A DNA stretch of 64,000 bases from positions 96,001 through 160,000 of the forward strand of contig JBBRAE010000001.1 in the NCBI GenBank assembly GCA_038207085.1. Reading direction: 5' to 3'. Every line of letters begins with the position of its first letter. The stretch's first letter is position 1. The position numbers and the translations under genes were made by a program. Below the pieces are notes generated by a model. It was not told where the DNA came from. It ran no database searches and saw nothing but the letters and a program-made list of their open reading frames with translations. Positions 63,330-64,000 of this stretch are shown in pieces. The DNA comes from Armatimonadota bacterium. Its GTDB lineage: Bacteria > Armatimonadota > UBA5829 > DTLH01.

Positions 63330-64000
63330 AAACTCATCCCAAGCTTTGCTGTAGCCTTGTAATCGCTTCTGTTATCCAAGGCGTCCTGCTCGTACTGCAC
63401 CATTTCTCCGGCAAGCGATAGGTTGAAGCTTGCTCCCACGATATGGGTGTATCCAACGGTATAAGTTGTGGTTGCCTGTGCGGCAGCGTTGATCGCTTCA
63501 GCGAGCTTGTAAGTCGTCGTCAGGTTGCCGTGACCGAACATAGGCATCTTCAGCCCAAGTCTTGTCTCACGAGTCAGCCGGTCGGACAAGTACTCCTCGT
63601 TTTCGGAATAAGCACCAGTGACGCCCACAATACCAAGCTTCATGTCGAGCCCGAGCGCCGTCGTCGTCACTCGGCGTACTTTGCCCTTGTCGTCTTCCGG
63701 ATTATATGCGTATTGTCCCGTCAACTTGAAGCGCTTGCTACTGCCAAGTGCCATCTTGACAGACGTAGTATCAATTTCCTCACTTCCGTCGGTATCGCGC
63801 GTCTTGTAGTTGCCCGACATCTCCATAAACGAAAGCGGCTTGACTTGGCCGGAGTAGCTGCAAATTGTGGTTATCGCCTCACCGTTGACGGCTTCGCTGT
63901 AGCCGGTTGCCAGTTTGAACCTGTCGCTCGGTGCAATCTCGAGTTTCGCGTCACGGTTCATCTGTTCGGAGTCTCCGAGGGTCTTCTGGCCCATTCCTGC
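63326..64000 (-). CDS. C-terminal part of a probable outer-membrane beta-barrel protein (runs off the right edge)
   Basis: Alternating amphipathic beta-strand pattern; ends YKATAKLGMSF with terminal Phe. Confidence 0.6.
   Translation of the reverse strand, partial: AGMGQKTLGDSEQMNRDAKLEIAPSDRFKLATGYSEAVNGEAITTICSYSGQVKPLSFMEMSGNYKTRDTDGSEEIDTTSVKMALGSSKRFKLTGQYAYNPEDDKGKVRRVTTTALGLDMKLGIVGVTGAYSENEEYLSDRLTRETRLGLKMPMFGHGNLTTTYKLAEAINAAAQATTTYTVGYTHIVGASFNLSLAGEMVQYEQDALDNRSDYKATAKLGMSF

Overview
A 64-kb bacterial chromosomal segment. An Armatimonadota-like origin is inferred, not proven, from the pilin-like/H-X9-DG proteins and from the C-terminal domain of a giant secreted protein. Housekeeping and metabolic genes include murJ (partial), a 5'-nucleotidase, an amidase, an M16 peptidase, trxB, dsbD, nfi, a GH38 mannosidase, an octaheme cytochrome c, an rmuC-Clp1 kinase-histidine phosphatase-DHDPS-slyD cluster, iorAB, gcvT-H-PA-PB with a lipoate ligase, and an NDP-sugar transferase. 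An accessory block at about 14.3-30.6 kb runs from a 5'-truncated, frameshifted ugd pseudogene to a tRNA-Glu(CTC). It carries IS3 and probable serine-recombinase remnants, a CheB-CheR-PAS-GAF-SpoIIE hybrid, a pilin pseudogene and two giant glycan-active secreted proteins. The clearest unannotated signal is a 73-bp double-hairpin miniature element present 5 times (4 full copies, 1 half). Each full copy is flanked by its own matched 4-bp YTAR duplication (CTAG, CTAA, TTAG, CTAG), and one copy has an inverted hairpin loop. Other leads are an effector-less CarH-type B12 protein with a globin-like domain (photocobilin-like), a possible Clp1-based end-healing module and a four-hairpin candidate RNA. 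All assignments come from motif recognition by eye; no database searches were run.
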